The notes: generated by a model from the sequence alone, not told the origin. A stretch of 64,000 nt of DNA from Chloroflexota bacterium (GCA_035652535.1 DASRDP010000082.1:52384-116383); one strand, 5' to 3'; numbered from the stretch's first letter, positions 37,538 to 46,581 are shown. Numbers and translations: made by a program.

Positions 37538-38814
37538 CGCGCGGCCCCCTCCGCCACGCGTTGAAGCGTGACCACGAAAACGGGATTGCGGGCCTCCAGG
37601 CGGGTGATGCCGGCCGTCACGGTCGAGCGCGCGACGCTGACCTCGACGATCTCGGCGTCCCAGCCGTGGGCGGCGGCCCATCGACGGGCCTGCTCCAAGT
37701 GCTCGAGGGCGACCAGGTTGGCGACGACGCGTCCGCCCGCGGCGAGCGCCAGGGCGACGGCGTCCAGGATCGCCTCCAATCGGCCCCCGCTGCCGCCGAC
37801 GAACACGGAATCCGGTCGCGGCAGCGCCCCCAAGGCCGCGGGCGCCTCCCCGTGAACCATCGCGACGTTTCCGGCTCCGAAGCGCCGGCGGTTCTGTTCG
37901 AGAAGCGCGAGTTGCTCCCCGTCCCGCTCGACGGCGTATACGTGGCCGTGGGGAAGGAGCGCCGCTGCCACGATGGACACGGAGCCGCAGCCTGCTCCCA
38001 CGTCCCACAGCGTGGCGCGCTCGTGGAGGACCAGTTTCGAGAGGGAGATGGCGCGCACCTCTGGCTTGCTGATGAGCCCACCCCGGTGGAGAAAGCGGTC
38101 CTCATGGATCCCGATGGGCCACGGCGGCGGAGTCGCCTCGCGCCGCAGCACCATGAGGTTGAGCGGCGCGAACTGCTGCCCGCGGATCTCGCTCAGCAGG
38201 CCGCAGACATGCCGCTCAAGCGGCCCGCCCAGATGCTCGAACACGTCAACCCGCACGTCCGCGTCTCCGGCCGCGAGCAGCGCTTCCGCGATGGCGGAAG
38301 GTGAATTTCGGGAATCCGTGAAGACGATCGCCGTGCGCGCGCGGAGGGCCCGCGGCAGGATCGCGTCGAGCGGCCGCCCGTGGGCGCTCAGCAGCGCGGC
38401 GTCTTCCCACGCGATCCCGAGCCGGGCGCATGCGAGCTGCGCGGCGCCGACGTTCGGCAGGATGCGCACGCGGTAGCGGCCGAGGCGCTCGGCCAACAGG
38501 GGGCCGATGCCGAAACAGTCGGGATCGCCCGACGCGAGTACCACCGTCGGGCGCGACTCGCCGCGAAGGCGTTCGACCACCTCGTCGATATTTGCCTTGA
38601 GCACGATTCGCTCGTCTCCGCAATCGGGGAAGAAGGCGAGGTGTCGCTCGCCACCCACGAGGACCGACGCTCGCTCGACGAGCGCCCTCGCCTCGGCGGT
38701 CAGGCTCGCGGCCCCCGCATCGGTGACCCCGACGACGCAGATGGTGGCGAGCGCCGGGTCGTGGACGGACGGCGCCGTTGCGCTCGCCGATCGTCGCCGC
38801 GACGCGTCAGCCAT
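37534..38814 (-). CDS. cbiET: cobalt-precorrin-6Y C5,15-methyltransferase (decarboxylating), CbiE-CbiT fusion
   Basis: CbiE half 'ICVVGVTDAGAASL...LASGDPDCFG' and CbiT half 'LWDVGAGCGSVSI' SAM motif. Confidence 0.8.
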   Translation of the reverse strand: MADASRRRSASATAPSVHDPALATICVVGVTDAGAASLTAEARALVERASVLVGGERHLAFFPDCGDERIVLKANIDEVVERLRGESRPTVVLASGDPDCFGIGPLLAERLGRYRVRILPNVGAAQLACARLGIAWEDAALLSAHGRPLDAILPRALRARTAIVFTDSRNSPSAIAEALLAAGDADVRVDVFEHLGGPLERHVCGLLSEIRGQQFAPLNLMVLRREATPPPWPIGIHEDRFLHRGGLISKPEVRAISLSKLVLHERATLWDVGAGCGSVSIVAAALLPHGHVYAVERDGEQLALLEQNRRRFGAGNVAMVHGEAPAALGALPRPDSVFVGGSGGRLEAILDAVALALAAGGRVVANLVALEHLEQARRWAAAHGWDAEIVEVSVARSTVTAGITRLEARNPVFVVTLQRVAEGAAR

Positions 38815-39895
38815 CGACCGACCTCGTGGCGGCGGTTGTGGACGCCCGTCCCAGCTCGTGGCCGTCGAAGTCAAACATGATGGCTTCCACATCGAGGGAC
38901 CGCTTCACGTGCGCCGAGCACTGATCGACGACGCACCGGGCGATCTCGCGAAAGAGCGAATCGGGCCCCTTCTCCTGCGCCAGCTCCTGCACGTGCCGAG
39001 CGGTATTCGCGGACCGGATCTGTCGAGCGAGATCCTCGCTTGCGCCGCAGCGCGCGGCAAGCTGGGAGAGGAAGGCGATGTCCACCTGGTTTCCCGCGAC
39101 GTGCGTCTGGAGGTGCCCCTGCGCGAGCTTGGAGAATTTCCCGATCATGCCGGCGAGGGTCACAGCTCGGACTCCGCGCTCCGCGCACCGCCTGAGGGCG
39201 CGGCCCGTGAAGATGCCCATCTCCACGAAGGCCACCTCGGGAAGCGGGATGCGCGCCATGGCGAATTTCTCGCTGCGGCCGCCGGTCGTGAGGACCACGT
39301 GGGTCTGCCCATTGGCCGCCGCGACGTCGATCGCCTCCTCGACGCTCGCCCGCCACGCGGCCGTCGACCAGGGGTGCACGATCCCGGTGGTCCCCAGGAT
39401 AGAGATGCCGCCCACGATCCCAAGACGCCCGTTCAACGTTTTCTTCGCAAGCTCGGCGCCACGAGGCACGCGAATCTCGACGTCGAGCCCGCGATCTGCG
39501 AGGAGGTCGCCCGCGGCCTCGGCCACCGCCTCGCGGATCATTCGGCGCGGAACGGGGTTGATGGCGGGCCCGCCCACTTCGATGCCGAGCCCCCGGAGGG
39601 TCACCACCCCGACGCCCTCCCCACCGCGCAGGGTGATTCCCGGACCAGCGCCCCAGCCGACAGCGGCACAGATCTCCGCCCCGTGGGTCACATCGGGATC
39701 ATCGCCGGCGTCCTTGATCACGGAGCACATCGCCGACCGCTCCTCAACCGCACAGGCGTGAATCGCGAACGTCGCGTCCACGCCCACCGGGAGGTGGATC
39801 GTTACGGAATCGACCGGCTGCTGAGCGATCAGGGCTTGGGTGGCCGCCTTGGCGGCCGCGGCGGCGCAGGCACCCGTCGTGAAACCGGTGCGCAT
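38807..39895 (-). CDS. cbiD: cobalt-precorrin-5B C1-methyltransferase
   Basis: 'MRTGFTTGACAAAAAKAA' canonical CbiD N-terminus. Confidence 0.85.
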   Translation of the reverse strand: MRTGFTTGACAAAAAKAATQALIAQQPVDSVTIHLPVGVDATFAIHACAVEERSAMCSVIKDAGDDPDVTHGAEICAAVGWGAGPGITLRGGEGVGVVTLRGLGIEVGGPAINPVPRRMIREAVAEAAGDLLADRGLDVEIRVPRGAELAKKTLNGRLGIVGGISILGTTGIVHPWSTAAWRASVEEAIDVAAANGQTHVVLTTGGRSEKFAMARIPLPEVAFVEMGIFTGRALRRCAERGVRAVTLAGMIGKFSKLAQGHLQTHVAGNQVDIAFLSQLAARCGASEDLARQIRSANTARHVQELAQEKGPDSLFREIARCVVDQCSAHVKRSLDVEAIMFDFDGHELGRASTTAATRSVDG

Positions 39896-40012
39896 CCCGC
39901 GCCGTCGCACGCTGACCCTGCCCCGCGCCTGCGACACGTCCGATGCCGTCACCGCGTAGGCCCCACGAGCCCACGTGTTGGGCGCCGTTTCGGTCGACCT
40001 TCCACGCGATCC

Positions 40013-40678
40013 TCACTCCTCATCATGGAAAATCGCTCGGCGGAGCAGCTCGTTGACCAAGGTGGCGGCGAGCGCTGCGCCGCCACGCTCCCCTTCGATA
40101 GTAATGAACGGCACCGGACGACTGACCAGCTCCGCCTTCGCCTCGGCCGCGGCCACGAAGCCGACGGGTGTCCCGACGATGAGCGCAGGTCTGACCGCGC
40201 CGGCGTCCACCAGATCGAGGACCGCCAGAAGGGCGGTGGGCGCGGTGCCGACCGAGACGACGCCCCCGTTCATCGACGCGGCGAGCGTGCGCATGGCGAC
40301 GACGGCCCGGGGAAGCCCCAGTGCATGCGCCTTACGAGTGACCGATTCCCGATCGATGGCGCACGCGACACGACAGCCCAGGCGCCGGAGCGAGCCGCGA
40401 TCGAGGGCAACCTCCAACATCCGGACGTCGACGACGATCGGGCAGCCGGCGCGGAGCGCGGCGATGCCCCCGGCGATGGCTTCGGGGTGCACGCGGACGC
40501 GCTCGGCGAGAGCGGGGTCACCGCTCGCGTAGACGACGCGACGAATGATCGCGCGCTCTGCCGGCGGCCACCGACTCAAGTCCCCGATCACGGCGTCCAC
40601 CCGCTGCAGGCTCAGCGCCTCGATCTCCTCGGGCGCCCTCGCGTGACGTTCCACCAGGGTCCGGGGGTCGCGGTCCAT
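40013..40678 (-). CDS. cbiC: cobalt-precorrin-8 methylmutase
   Basis: 'RVVYASGDPALAERVRVHPEAIAGGIAALRAGCPIVVDVRM' CbiC/CobH core. Start at the first internal ATG. Confidence 0.8.
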   Translation of the reverse strand: MDRDPRTLVERHARAPEEIEALSLQRVDAVIGDLSRWPPAERAIIRRVVYASGDPALAERVRVHPEAIAGGIAALRAGCPIVVDVRMLEVALDRGSLRRLGCRVACAIDRESVTRKAHALGLPRAVVAMRTLAASMNGGVVSVGTAPTALLAVLDLVDAGAVRPALIVGTPVGFVAAAEAKAELVSRPVPFITIEGERGGAALAATLVNELLRRAIFHDEE

Positions 40679-41459
40679 GCTCCGTGGCTCCGATTCGAAG
40701 GTCTTCGATGCGATCCAGGATAAGCCGAACCAGATTCGGATGCACGCCCATGGGCTCACCGATCGCCAGCTCGATCCCCGGGTGATCCGCCACGGCGCTC
40801 GCGGCCTGGCTGGCGATGCGCTTGACCAGCACACCAGTATGGAGAAAATACGGCACCACGACGATGCGGCGCGCGCCCAGGCGGACACAGCGGTCGACGC
40901 CGAACGGCACCGTCGGCTCGGTCAGGCTCACAAAGCAGCATTCGACCAGCAGCCCGCGGTTGCGCTCCCACAGGAGCCGACCGATCTTGAAAAAGTCGCT
41001 GTTGGCTCCGGCATCGCTCGTACCGCGCCCGACCAGCAACATGGCGGTGCCGGCATCTTCATGGTCGAGAAGCTGCAAGCGGGCATCGCGAAAGCGTCCC
41101 TCCACGATATCGAGCAGCGCATCGGAGATTCCCAACGCATCCGACATCACGAGGCGCAGCGCTGGGTGGCGCGCTTGGGCATCCCGCGCCTCGCGGGGCA
41201 TGTCGGCGTTGGTGTGGTTGGCATCGTGGAGCAGGACGGGCACCGCCAGGAGTTCTCGCACCCCGTCGGCGACAAGGCCATCGACCGCGTCCCGAATGAA
41301 CGGGAGCATAGGCCCGCCGAACTCGAGGAAGCCGGCCTCCACTCGAACGCCGCCCGCCGCGGCGCGCACTGCCGAGAGGAGATCGACGAATTGGGCGGCC
41401 CCATCGAGGTCACGGGTTCCGTGGCCCATGAGGAGAACCGCCTGGGTCTTGCTCGCCAT
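40518..41459 (-). CDS. cbiX: sirohydrochlorin cobaltochelatase, long two-repeat form
   Basis: 'AVLLMGHGTRD' and second repeat 'MLLVGRGTSD'. Low-complexity C-terminal tail overlaps the predicted cbiC start. Confidence 0.8.
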   Translation of the reverse strand: MASKTQAVLLMGHGTRDLDGAAQFVDLLSAVRAAAGGVRVEAGFLEFGGPMLPFIRDAVDGLVADGVRELLAVPVLLHDANHTNADMPREARDAQARHPALRLVMSDALGISDALLDIVEGRFRDARLQLLDHEDAGTAMLLVGRGTSDAGANSDFFKIGRLLWERNRGLLVECCFVSLTEPTVPFGVDRCVRLGARRIVVVPYFLHTGVLVKRIASQAASAVADHPGIELAIGEPMGVHPNLVRLILDRIEDLRIGATEHGPRPPDPGGTSREGARGDRGAEPAAGGRRDRGLESVAAGRARDHSSRRLRER

Positions 41460-41464
41460 CCTTG

Positions 41465-41500
41465 CGTCCTATCGTTGCAGTTGCAACGGATTGCGTCTTC
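41465..41500. promoter_or_regulatory. operator-like inverted repeat CGTTGCA-gt-TGCAACG followed by ATTGCG, in the cbiX / ABC-ATPase divergent region
   Basis: Perfect 7-bp inverted repeat with 2-nt spacer at 41473-41488, 14-30 nt upstream of the cbiX start codon. It shares the TTGCA/ATTGCG words with the motif upstream of the TroA-like gene at 44320-44350. Confidence 0.4.
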
Positions 41501-41569
41501 GATTCGTACAGGCTATGATAGCTTCCATCGCCACCGGTCAACCCATTCTCGATCTGGCACGGAGCGCGA

Positions 41570-42424
41570 ATGGACTGGAGCCTGGCCGGCTCAAGTGAGC
41601 GGCCAAGACAACCCATCATCGAGCTGGACCAAGCGAGTTGCGGGTATCAGGGCACGACCGTCCTGCACGACGTGACCCTGCAGATCTTCGAGGGCCAGCT
41701 CACCGGACTGGTGGGTCCGAGCGGCGCCGGAAAGACTACGCTCCTCCGCACGATCCTCGGCCAGGTTCCGCTCCAAAGAGGACGCGTTCGGGTCATGGGC
41801 GATCTCGTGGGCCGCGAACCGCCGAAGGGGGTTGGATACGTCCCGCAGCTCGAGGCCATCAACTGGCACTTCCCGGTGACGGTGGAAGAGGTGGTCCTGA
41901 TGGGACGCGCCGTCGGCGGCGGTCCGTGGCCGTGGCCGAGACGTGAGGACCGGGAATCGATGGCGCAGCTCCTCGATCGCCTCGGCATGTACCCGTACCG
42001 GCATCGCCACATCCGAGAGCTGTCCGGAGGGCAGCAGCAGCGAGCCTTCCTTGCCCGTGCGCTGATGCGCAGCCCGCGCCTGCTGATCCTCGACGAGCCG
42101 ACGACCGGCGTCGACATCAAAACACGGCACGATATTCTCCACCTGCTCCACGAGCTGAACGCGGGCGGGGTCACCATCGTCCTAACGACCCACGACTTGA
42201 ACGCGGTGGCGACGCACCTTCCGGACGTCGTCTGCCTCAACCATACTGTCGTCGCTCAAGGCCACCCACAAGAGATATTCACCCCTGACATACTGGGCCG
42301 CACGTACGGGGCTGAGATGCTCGTGCTTCGCCAGGACAACCTGATCGTCGTGGCGGACCGGCTCACGGCGGAACGGGAGACACCGAAGGAGGCCCAAACC
42401 CCCCAGCTCATCCCGGTACCGTGA
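41570..42424 (+). CDS. metal (Zn/Mn-type) ABC transporter ATP-binding protein
   Basis: Walker A 'GPSGAGKTT', signature 'LSGGQQQR', Walker B 'LLILDEPT'. ZnuC/MntB-like size. Confidence 0.85.
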   Translation: MDWSLAGSSERPRQPIIELDQASCGYQGTTVLHDVTLQIFEGQLTGLVGPSGAGKTTLLRTILGQVPLQRGRVRVMGDLVGREPPKGVGYVPQLEAINWHFPVTVEEVVLMGRAVGGGPWPWPRREDRESMAQLLDRLGMYPYRHRHIRELSGGQQQRAFLARALMRSPRLLILDEPTTGVDIKTRHDILHLLHELNAGGVTIVLTTHDLNAVATHLPDVVCLNHTVVAQGHPQEIFTPDILGRTYGAEMLVLRQDNLIVVADRLTAERETPKEAQTPQLIPVP

Positions 42425-43290
42425 GCGCGATTGCCGAGCCCTTCGCGTACGCATTCTTCGTTCGCGGCATCATCGCAGCCACCCTCGTCGGGGGGCTGTG
42501 CGGGCTGCTCGGGGTATTCGTCATCCTGCGCGGGATGAGCTACATCGGCCACGGGCTCAGCCACGCGGTCTTCGGCGGCGCCGTCGTCGCGTACGTGCTG
42601 GAGCTGAACTTCTACGTTGGAGCGGGGCTGTGGGGCTTTGTCTCCGCGCTCCTCATCCACGCCGTGACCCGCAAGCGGCAGATCGGCGCCGATGCCGCGA
42701 TCGGCATCGTGACGACCGCGAGCTTCGCCATCGGCGTCGCCATCATCAGTCGAGCGCGACGATTCACGAAGAATTTCGAGGCTGCGCTGTTCGGAAACAT
42801 CCTCGGAGTCACGAACGCGGACCTCGCCGTGCTGGCGTGTGTCACCCTTGCAACGATCCTCCTCGTGTTCTTCCTCTACAAGCAGCTCCTGTTCGTTACG
42901 TTCGACCCGGACGTCGCCGGCGTGTACGGAATCCCCGTGAACCGGGTCGACGCGCTCTTCGCGCTGATGCTCTCCGCGGGAATCATCGCGTCGATGCAGG
43001 TCCTCGGCGTGACGATGATCGCCGCCGCGATCGTTATCCCCGCCGTCGTCGCGCGCCTCCTCACCAATCGATTCAGCACCCTGCTGTGGCTCGCCACGGC
43101 CCTCGGCGCCGGGTTCGGAATCGCTGGGCTCTACGCGAGCTACTACCTCGACATCTCGTCGGGCGCGACGATCGTCCTCGTGGCAGCCGGCGGCTTCATA
43201 CTCACGCTGCTGGCATCTGGGCTGCGCCGGCTTCCCAACCAGCGCGTGCGCCTCGATTCGTCGCGTCTCGTCTCGACGCCCATCGATTGA
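42421..43290 (+). CDS. metal ABC transporter permease (ABC-3 family)
   Basis: Eight TM segments and ABC-3 conserved region. 4-nt overlap with the ATPase stop. Confidence 0.85.
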   Translation: MSAIAEPFAYAFFVRGIIAATLVGGLCGLLGVFVILRGMSYIGHGLSHAVFGGAVVAYVLELNFYVGAGLWGFVSALLIHAVTRKRQIGADAAIGIVTTASFAIGVAIISRARRFTKNFEAALFGNILGVTNADLAVLACVTLATILLVFFLYKQLLFVTFDPDVAGVYGIPVNRVDALFALMLSAGIIASMQVLGVTMIAAAIVIPAVVARLLTNRFSTLLWLATALGAGFGIAGLYASYYLDISSGATIVLVAAGGFILTLLASGLRRLPNQRVRLDSSRLVSTPID

Positions 43291-43367
43291 CGCGGCAATG
43301 CGCCTCGTACAATTTCATCGAGCGGCCAATCTTCCCCGGAGCTGCGGGCGCACGGGCCGGAGGCGAG

Positions 43368-43793
43368 GTGAAAAGCGAGGCGAGGACCGGCGCCGACGTT
43401 CGCCTCCCCATCGTTTTCTTCGACGGCGAATGCGGCCTCTGCAACGGGACCGTCGACGTGCTGCTGGCCGTGGACAGGCGCGCGGTGCTGCACTTTGCCC
43501 CGCTCCAGGGCGTGACCGCCCGGGAGCTGCTTCCGCCTCTTCCGCCCGACGAAGCGACCTGGTCCATCGTATACCTGGACGAGCGCGGCGCCTTTGAGCG
43601 CGCAGATGCCGTCATCGAGATCTGCCGGCGGCTTGGGGGCGTTTTCGCCCTCGCCGTCGTCGGGCGTGCGCTGCCTGTGCCCCTGCGCGACGGCATCTAC
43701 CGTGCTATCGCCCGAGGCCGGTACCGCCTCTTCGGCCGCCGCGCAACCTGCCGAGCGCCGAGCGAGCGCGAGCACGCTCGCTTTCTGGAGTGA
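43368..43793 (+). CDS. DCC-family thiol-disulfide oxidoreductase (DUF393)
   Basis: 'PIVFFDGECGLCNGTVD' DCC motif. GTG start with GGAGG 6 nt upstream. The track shows this only as the tail of a longer out-of-frame ORF. Confidence 0.6.
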   Translation: MKSEARTGADVRLPIVFFDGECGLCNGTVDVLLAVDRRAVLHFAPLQGVTARELLPPLPPDEATWSIVYLDERGAFERADAVIEICRRLGGVFALAVVGRALPVPLRDGIYRAIARGRYRLFGRRATCRAPSEREHARFLE

Positions 43794-43819
43794 GCGGCAC
43801 GCGCCCCCGCCGAGGGCAG

Positions 43820-44245
43820 TTACGACGGGCGCTGTTGCGCGACCAGGTCCACTAACTCAAAGGATTCGAAGGGCTTCGCCAGGATCGCGTCCGCGCCGAG
43901 CGCGGTGGCCCAGCGGCGCGCGTGTTGCGCGGCCGTCATGACCACAATCTTGACGTCCGCTCCCCGATCCCGCAGCTCGCTCACAAACTCCGGCCCGTTC
44001 ATGCGCGGGAGCCAGATGTCGAGCAGGATGAGCCAGGGCGAGCATCGACCCAGCACGCGCAGCGCGTCGACCCCATCGCGCGCGCCGACGACCCGGTAGC
44101 CCTCGTCCTCGAGTGTCTGCGCAACTGATCGCCGAAGTATGGGATCGTCCTCCACGACGAGGACGTCGCACTCGCGCGCACCTCTCGGCGTGTGCAGAAG
44201 AGTCACCAGACCGGACGGAAACACTGGGAGCATCAATTTCGGCAC
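43820..44245 (-). CDS. single-domain response regulator (receiver only)
   Basis: 'VLVVEDDPILRR...LILLDIWLPRMNGPEF...VVMTA' with phospho-acceptor Asp and conserved Lys. No output domain. Confidence 0.7.
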   Translation of the reverse strand: MPKLMLPVFPSGLVTLLHTPRGARECDVLVVEDDPILRRSVAQTLEDEGYRVVGARDGVDALRVLGRCSPWLILLDIWLPRMNGPEFVSELRDRGADVKIVVMTAAQHARRWATALGADAILAKPFESFELVDLVAQQRPS

Positions 44246-44319
44246 CTGGGTGAAAGATCAATGATTGCGAAACCATAGCAGAAAATTAAGAAAACGATAA
44301 GAAGGGGCGTATGCAAATA

Positions 44320-44366
44320 ATTGCAAAGCATCGCAATTGCATGCCATTGCGAATATCTGTTATCTT
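44320..44366 (+). promoter_or_regulatory. promoter (TTGCAT-N17-TTATCT) overlapped by three ATTGC(A/G) repeats and a GCAATTGC palindrome, upstream of the TroA-like binding-protein gene
   Basis: Sequence 'aATTGCAaagcatcGCAATTGCATgccATTGCGaatatctgTTATCT'. Located 7-50 nt before the probable GTG start. AT-rich relative to the genome. Confidence 0.45.
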
Positions 44367-45413
44367 CCGCTCGTGCACGAGAATCGCCCACGTTTGAGTC
44401 TCCTGTCGTCGTTCCGAGCGCGCGGCGCTCGAGTTCCTGCCGCCGCGGCCATCGTCCTGGCGGTGGTCCTGCCGATCGCGTGCGCGTCGCTCTGGAGCGC
44501 TCCCACTCTGTCCACCCCTCCGCGGCAACAATTGAAGGTCGTGGCGAGCGTCGCACCCCACGCGGATCTCGTTCGTGAGATCGCCGGCTCGCGCGTCGAT
44601 CTCACCCAGCTCATTCCGGACGGCACCGACTCGCACACCTTCGAGCCGCGTCCGTCCGACGCGCGGGCGCTTCGCGAGGCCGACCTCATCGTTTTGAATG
44701 GCCTCCACCTCGAGGCCCCCACGCTGGCGATGGCCGAGGCCAATCGCAGCCCGCGATCGCAAATCCTCCTGCTCGGCGACAGCACGATTGAGCCGACGGA
44801 TTGGATCTTCGACTTCTCGTTCCCGGCGTCCCAGGGCGATCCGAATCCCCATCTGTGGCTCAACCCGGCCTACGCCAAGCGCTACGCGGAGCTGATCGCG
44901 GCAAAGTTGGAAGAGATGGATCCGCCCGATGCGGCCTATTTCCGGGCCAACGCGGCGATCCTCGTCGATCGCATGAACCAGCTCGACGCGGCGATCTTCC
45001 AGGCGGTCGCCGCGCTTCCCCCGGACCGCCGCAAGCTTCTGACGTATCACGATAGCTGGGCCTACTTCGGCCGGCGCTACGGCATGGAGGTCATCGGCGC
45101 CATCCAGCCCAGCGACTTCTCGGAGCCTTCACCCCGTGAGGTGGCCGTCCTCGTGGACCAGATCCGTGCCAACCAGGTGCCGGCCATTTTCGGCTCGGAA
45201 GTCTATCCATCCACCGTGTTGGAGGTCATCGGACGAGAGACCGGTGCCCGCTACGTCGACAAGCTGCGGGACGACGAGCTGCCAGGTGACCCGACGAGCC
45301 CCAGCCACACGTATCTCGGCCTCATGCTCGAAGACATGCGCGTGATGTTCGGCGCGCTGGGCGGGCCCATCGACATGTTTGACGGGATCGATCCGAGCCC
45401 GGTCGCCGGCTGA
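44337..45413 (+). CDS. metal ABC transporter substrate-binding lipoprotein (TroA/ZnuA-like cluster 9)
   Basis: Signal peptide with lipobox 'LPIACAS'. 'DPHLWLNP' and 'LTYHDSWAYF' metal-site blocks. The track start is TTG; the real start is probably GTG ~36 nt downstream. Confidence 0.8.
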   Translation: MHAIANICYLPLVHENRPRLSLLSSFRARGARVPAAAAIVLAVVLPIACASLWSAPTLSTPPRQQLKVVASVAPHADLVREIAGSRVDLTQLIPDGTDSHTFEPRPSDARALREADLIVLNGLHLEAPTLAMAEANRSPRSQILLLGDSTIEPTDWIFDFSFPASQGDPNPHLWLNPAYAKRYAELIAAKLEEMDPPDAAYFRANAAILVDRMNQLDAAIFQAVAALPPDRRKLLTYHDSWAYFGRRYGMEVIGAIQPSDFSEPSPREVAVLVDQIRANQVPAIFGSEVYPSTVLEVIGRETGARYVDKLRDDELPGDPTSPSHTYLGLMLEDMRVMFGALGGPIDMFDGIDPSPVAG

Positions 45414-45426
45414 GCCCGCCGGCCCG

Positions 45427-45843
45427 CTACGCCGTTCGACAGGTGCTACAGAGGCCGATGATGGCGAAGTGCGCGAAGTGCGCGTCGAACCCGTACCGCT
45501 CGCGCAGCTCGTGGGCGAGCGGCTCGAGGAGTTGCAGGTCCAGCGCCAGCTCCGCCCCGCATCGCTCGCACACGAGGTGTTGGTGCTGCGCCTCCTCCGC
45601 CCGATGCCACTTGGCTACGCCGTCGTGGATGTGCGTATGGGTGACGAGCCCCTCCTGCTCGAGCAGCTCCAGCGTGCGATACACCGTGGACACGTTGACC
45701 TGAGGAAATCGGCCGTGGATCCGACGGTACACGTCGTCCACCGCGATGTGACCGGAGATGGATTCCAGAGTGTCCAGGATGATCTCGCGCTGCAGGGTGA
45801 GGCGGTGCCCCCGCTCCCGCAGAGTCGCGCTTAACTGTCCCAT
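45427..45843 (-). CDS. Fur-family metalloregulator (Zur-like)
   Basis: 'LTLQREIILDTLE' DNA-binding helix, and 'HxH' plus two CxxC pairs ('CERCG', 'CSTC'). Confidence 0.85.
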   Translation of the reverse strand: MGQLSATLRERGHRLTLQREIILDTLESISGHIAVDDVYRRIHGRFPQVNVSTVYRTLELLEQEGLVTHTHIHDGVAKWHRAEEAQHQHLVCERCGAELALDLQLLEPLAHELRERYGFDAHFAHFAIIGLCSTCRTA

Positions 45844-45976
45844 CCTGACCTTCGCCCGGCAATCACGCCGGTTGGGCCATTATAGCGCGACATTTTTTCG
45901 AGCTAGTTTGAACGCGGGACACCGGCGACCGTGTAACACTTGACATTCGCGGATTGGCGAAGCAAAATCCCGCGTT

Positions 45977-46453
45977 ATGGCAGAAGCGGTCATCGCTCCG
46001 TCCGAACACTGGCTTTTTGCGGGCGTCCCCGAAGGTGTCCTCCGGCCGGCCATCGAGGCGGGGCACGAAAGCCGATTTCTCCCGGGCGAGGTCATCTTCC
46101 ACGAGGGCGACGAGGCCGACGGTCTCTATTTGCTGACGGCAGGCGCGGCTCGCGTCGCGGCCATGGGGGACGACGGAGAAACGTTCCTCGCGATCGTGAA
46201 GGCGAACGAGGTTCTCGGAGAGATGGGCGTCCTCGACGGGGAGCGTCGCTCCGGTACCGCCACCGCCATCTCGATGTGCGCCACCTACTTCATCCCCAGC
46301 GAGCCGTTTCTCGATCTGCTCGAAACCTCGAGCGCTGTCTGCATGCGCCTGCTCGCGCTCCTCACCCAGCGTCTGCGGAGGGCAAACGGCCGGCTCGGCG
46401 AGCTGCCGCCGACGACGACCGTGGGCGTGGAAGAGCTGTCGCCCGAAGCCTGA
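45977..46453 (+). CDS. cyclic-nucleotide-binding domain protein (no HTH)
   Basis: '[27 protein letters not shown]...[17 protein letters not shown]' cNMP-binding beta-roll. 158 aa. Confidence 0.7.
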   Translation: MAEAVIAPSEHWLFAGVPEGVLRPAIEAGHESRFLPGEVIFHEGDEADGLYLLTAGAARVAAMGDDGETFLAIVKANEVLGEMGVLDGERRSGTATAISMCATYFIPSEPFLDLLETSSAVCMRLLALLTQRLRRANGRLGELPPTTTVGVEELSPEA

Positions 46454-46581
46454 TCCGGACGACGCGGGAGGCTCGACCGTCGGGCCCAAGATCGCCTGGG
46501 GAGCAGGCCGACGCCGGCGCCCGTCAGGTCCGTCGAGCCCGAACCACTTCGTCAACCACCTCGTACAGTCTTGGAGTTCGA

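Noticed and set aside
36815-38008. N-terminal ~150 codons of the cbiL track ORF (and similar extensions on the cbiET, cbiD, cbiC and cbiGH ORFs)
   Set aside because: Arg-rich extensions overlapping the upstream gene. Conserved N-termini and GTGA/ATGA junctions indicate much later true starts.
41460-41700. Possible cobalamin riboswitch upstream of cbiX
   Set aside because: Only ~110-150 nt of leader is available. No B12-box (AGYCMGgAgaCCkGCc) or its complement was found by eye. Needs a covariance-model search to exclude fully.
42498-43793. 431-aa plus-strand ORF spanning the ABC permease region
   Set aside because: The first ~290 codons are an out-of-frame read-through of the permease gene (Arg-rich). 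Only the last 141 codons, from a GTG with RBS, encode a real DCC-family protein.
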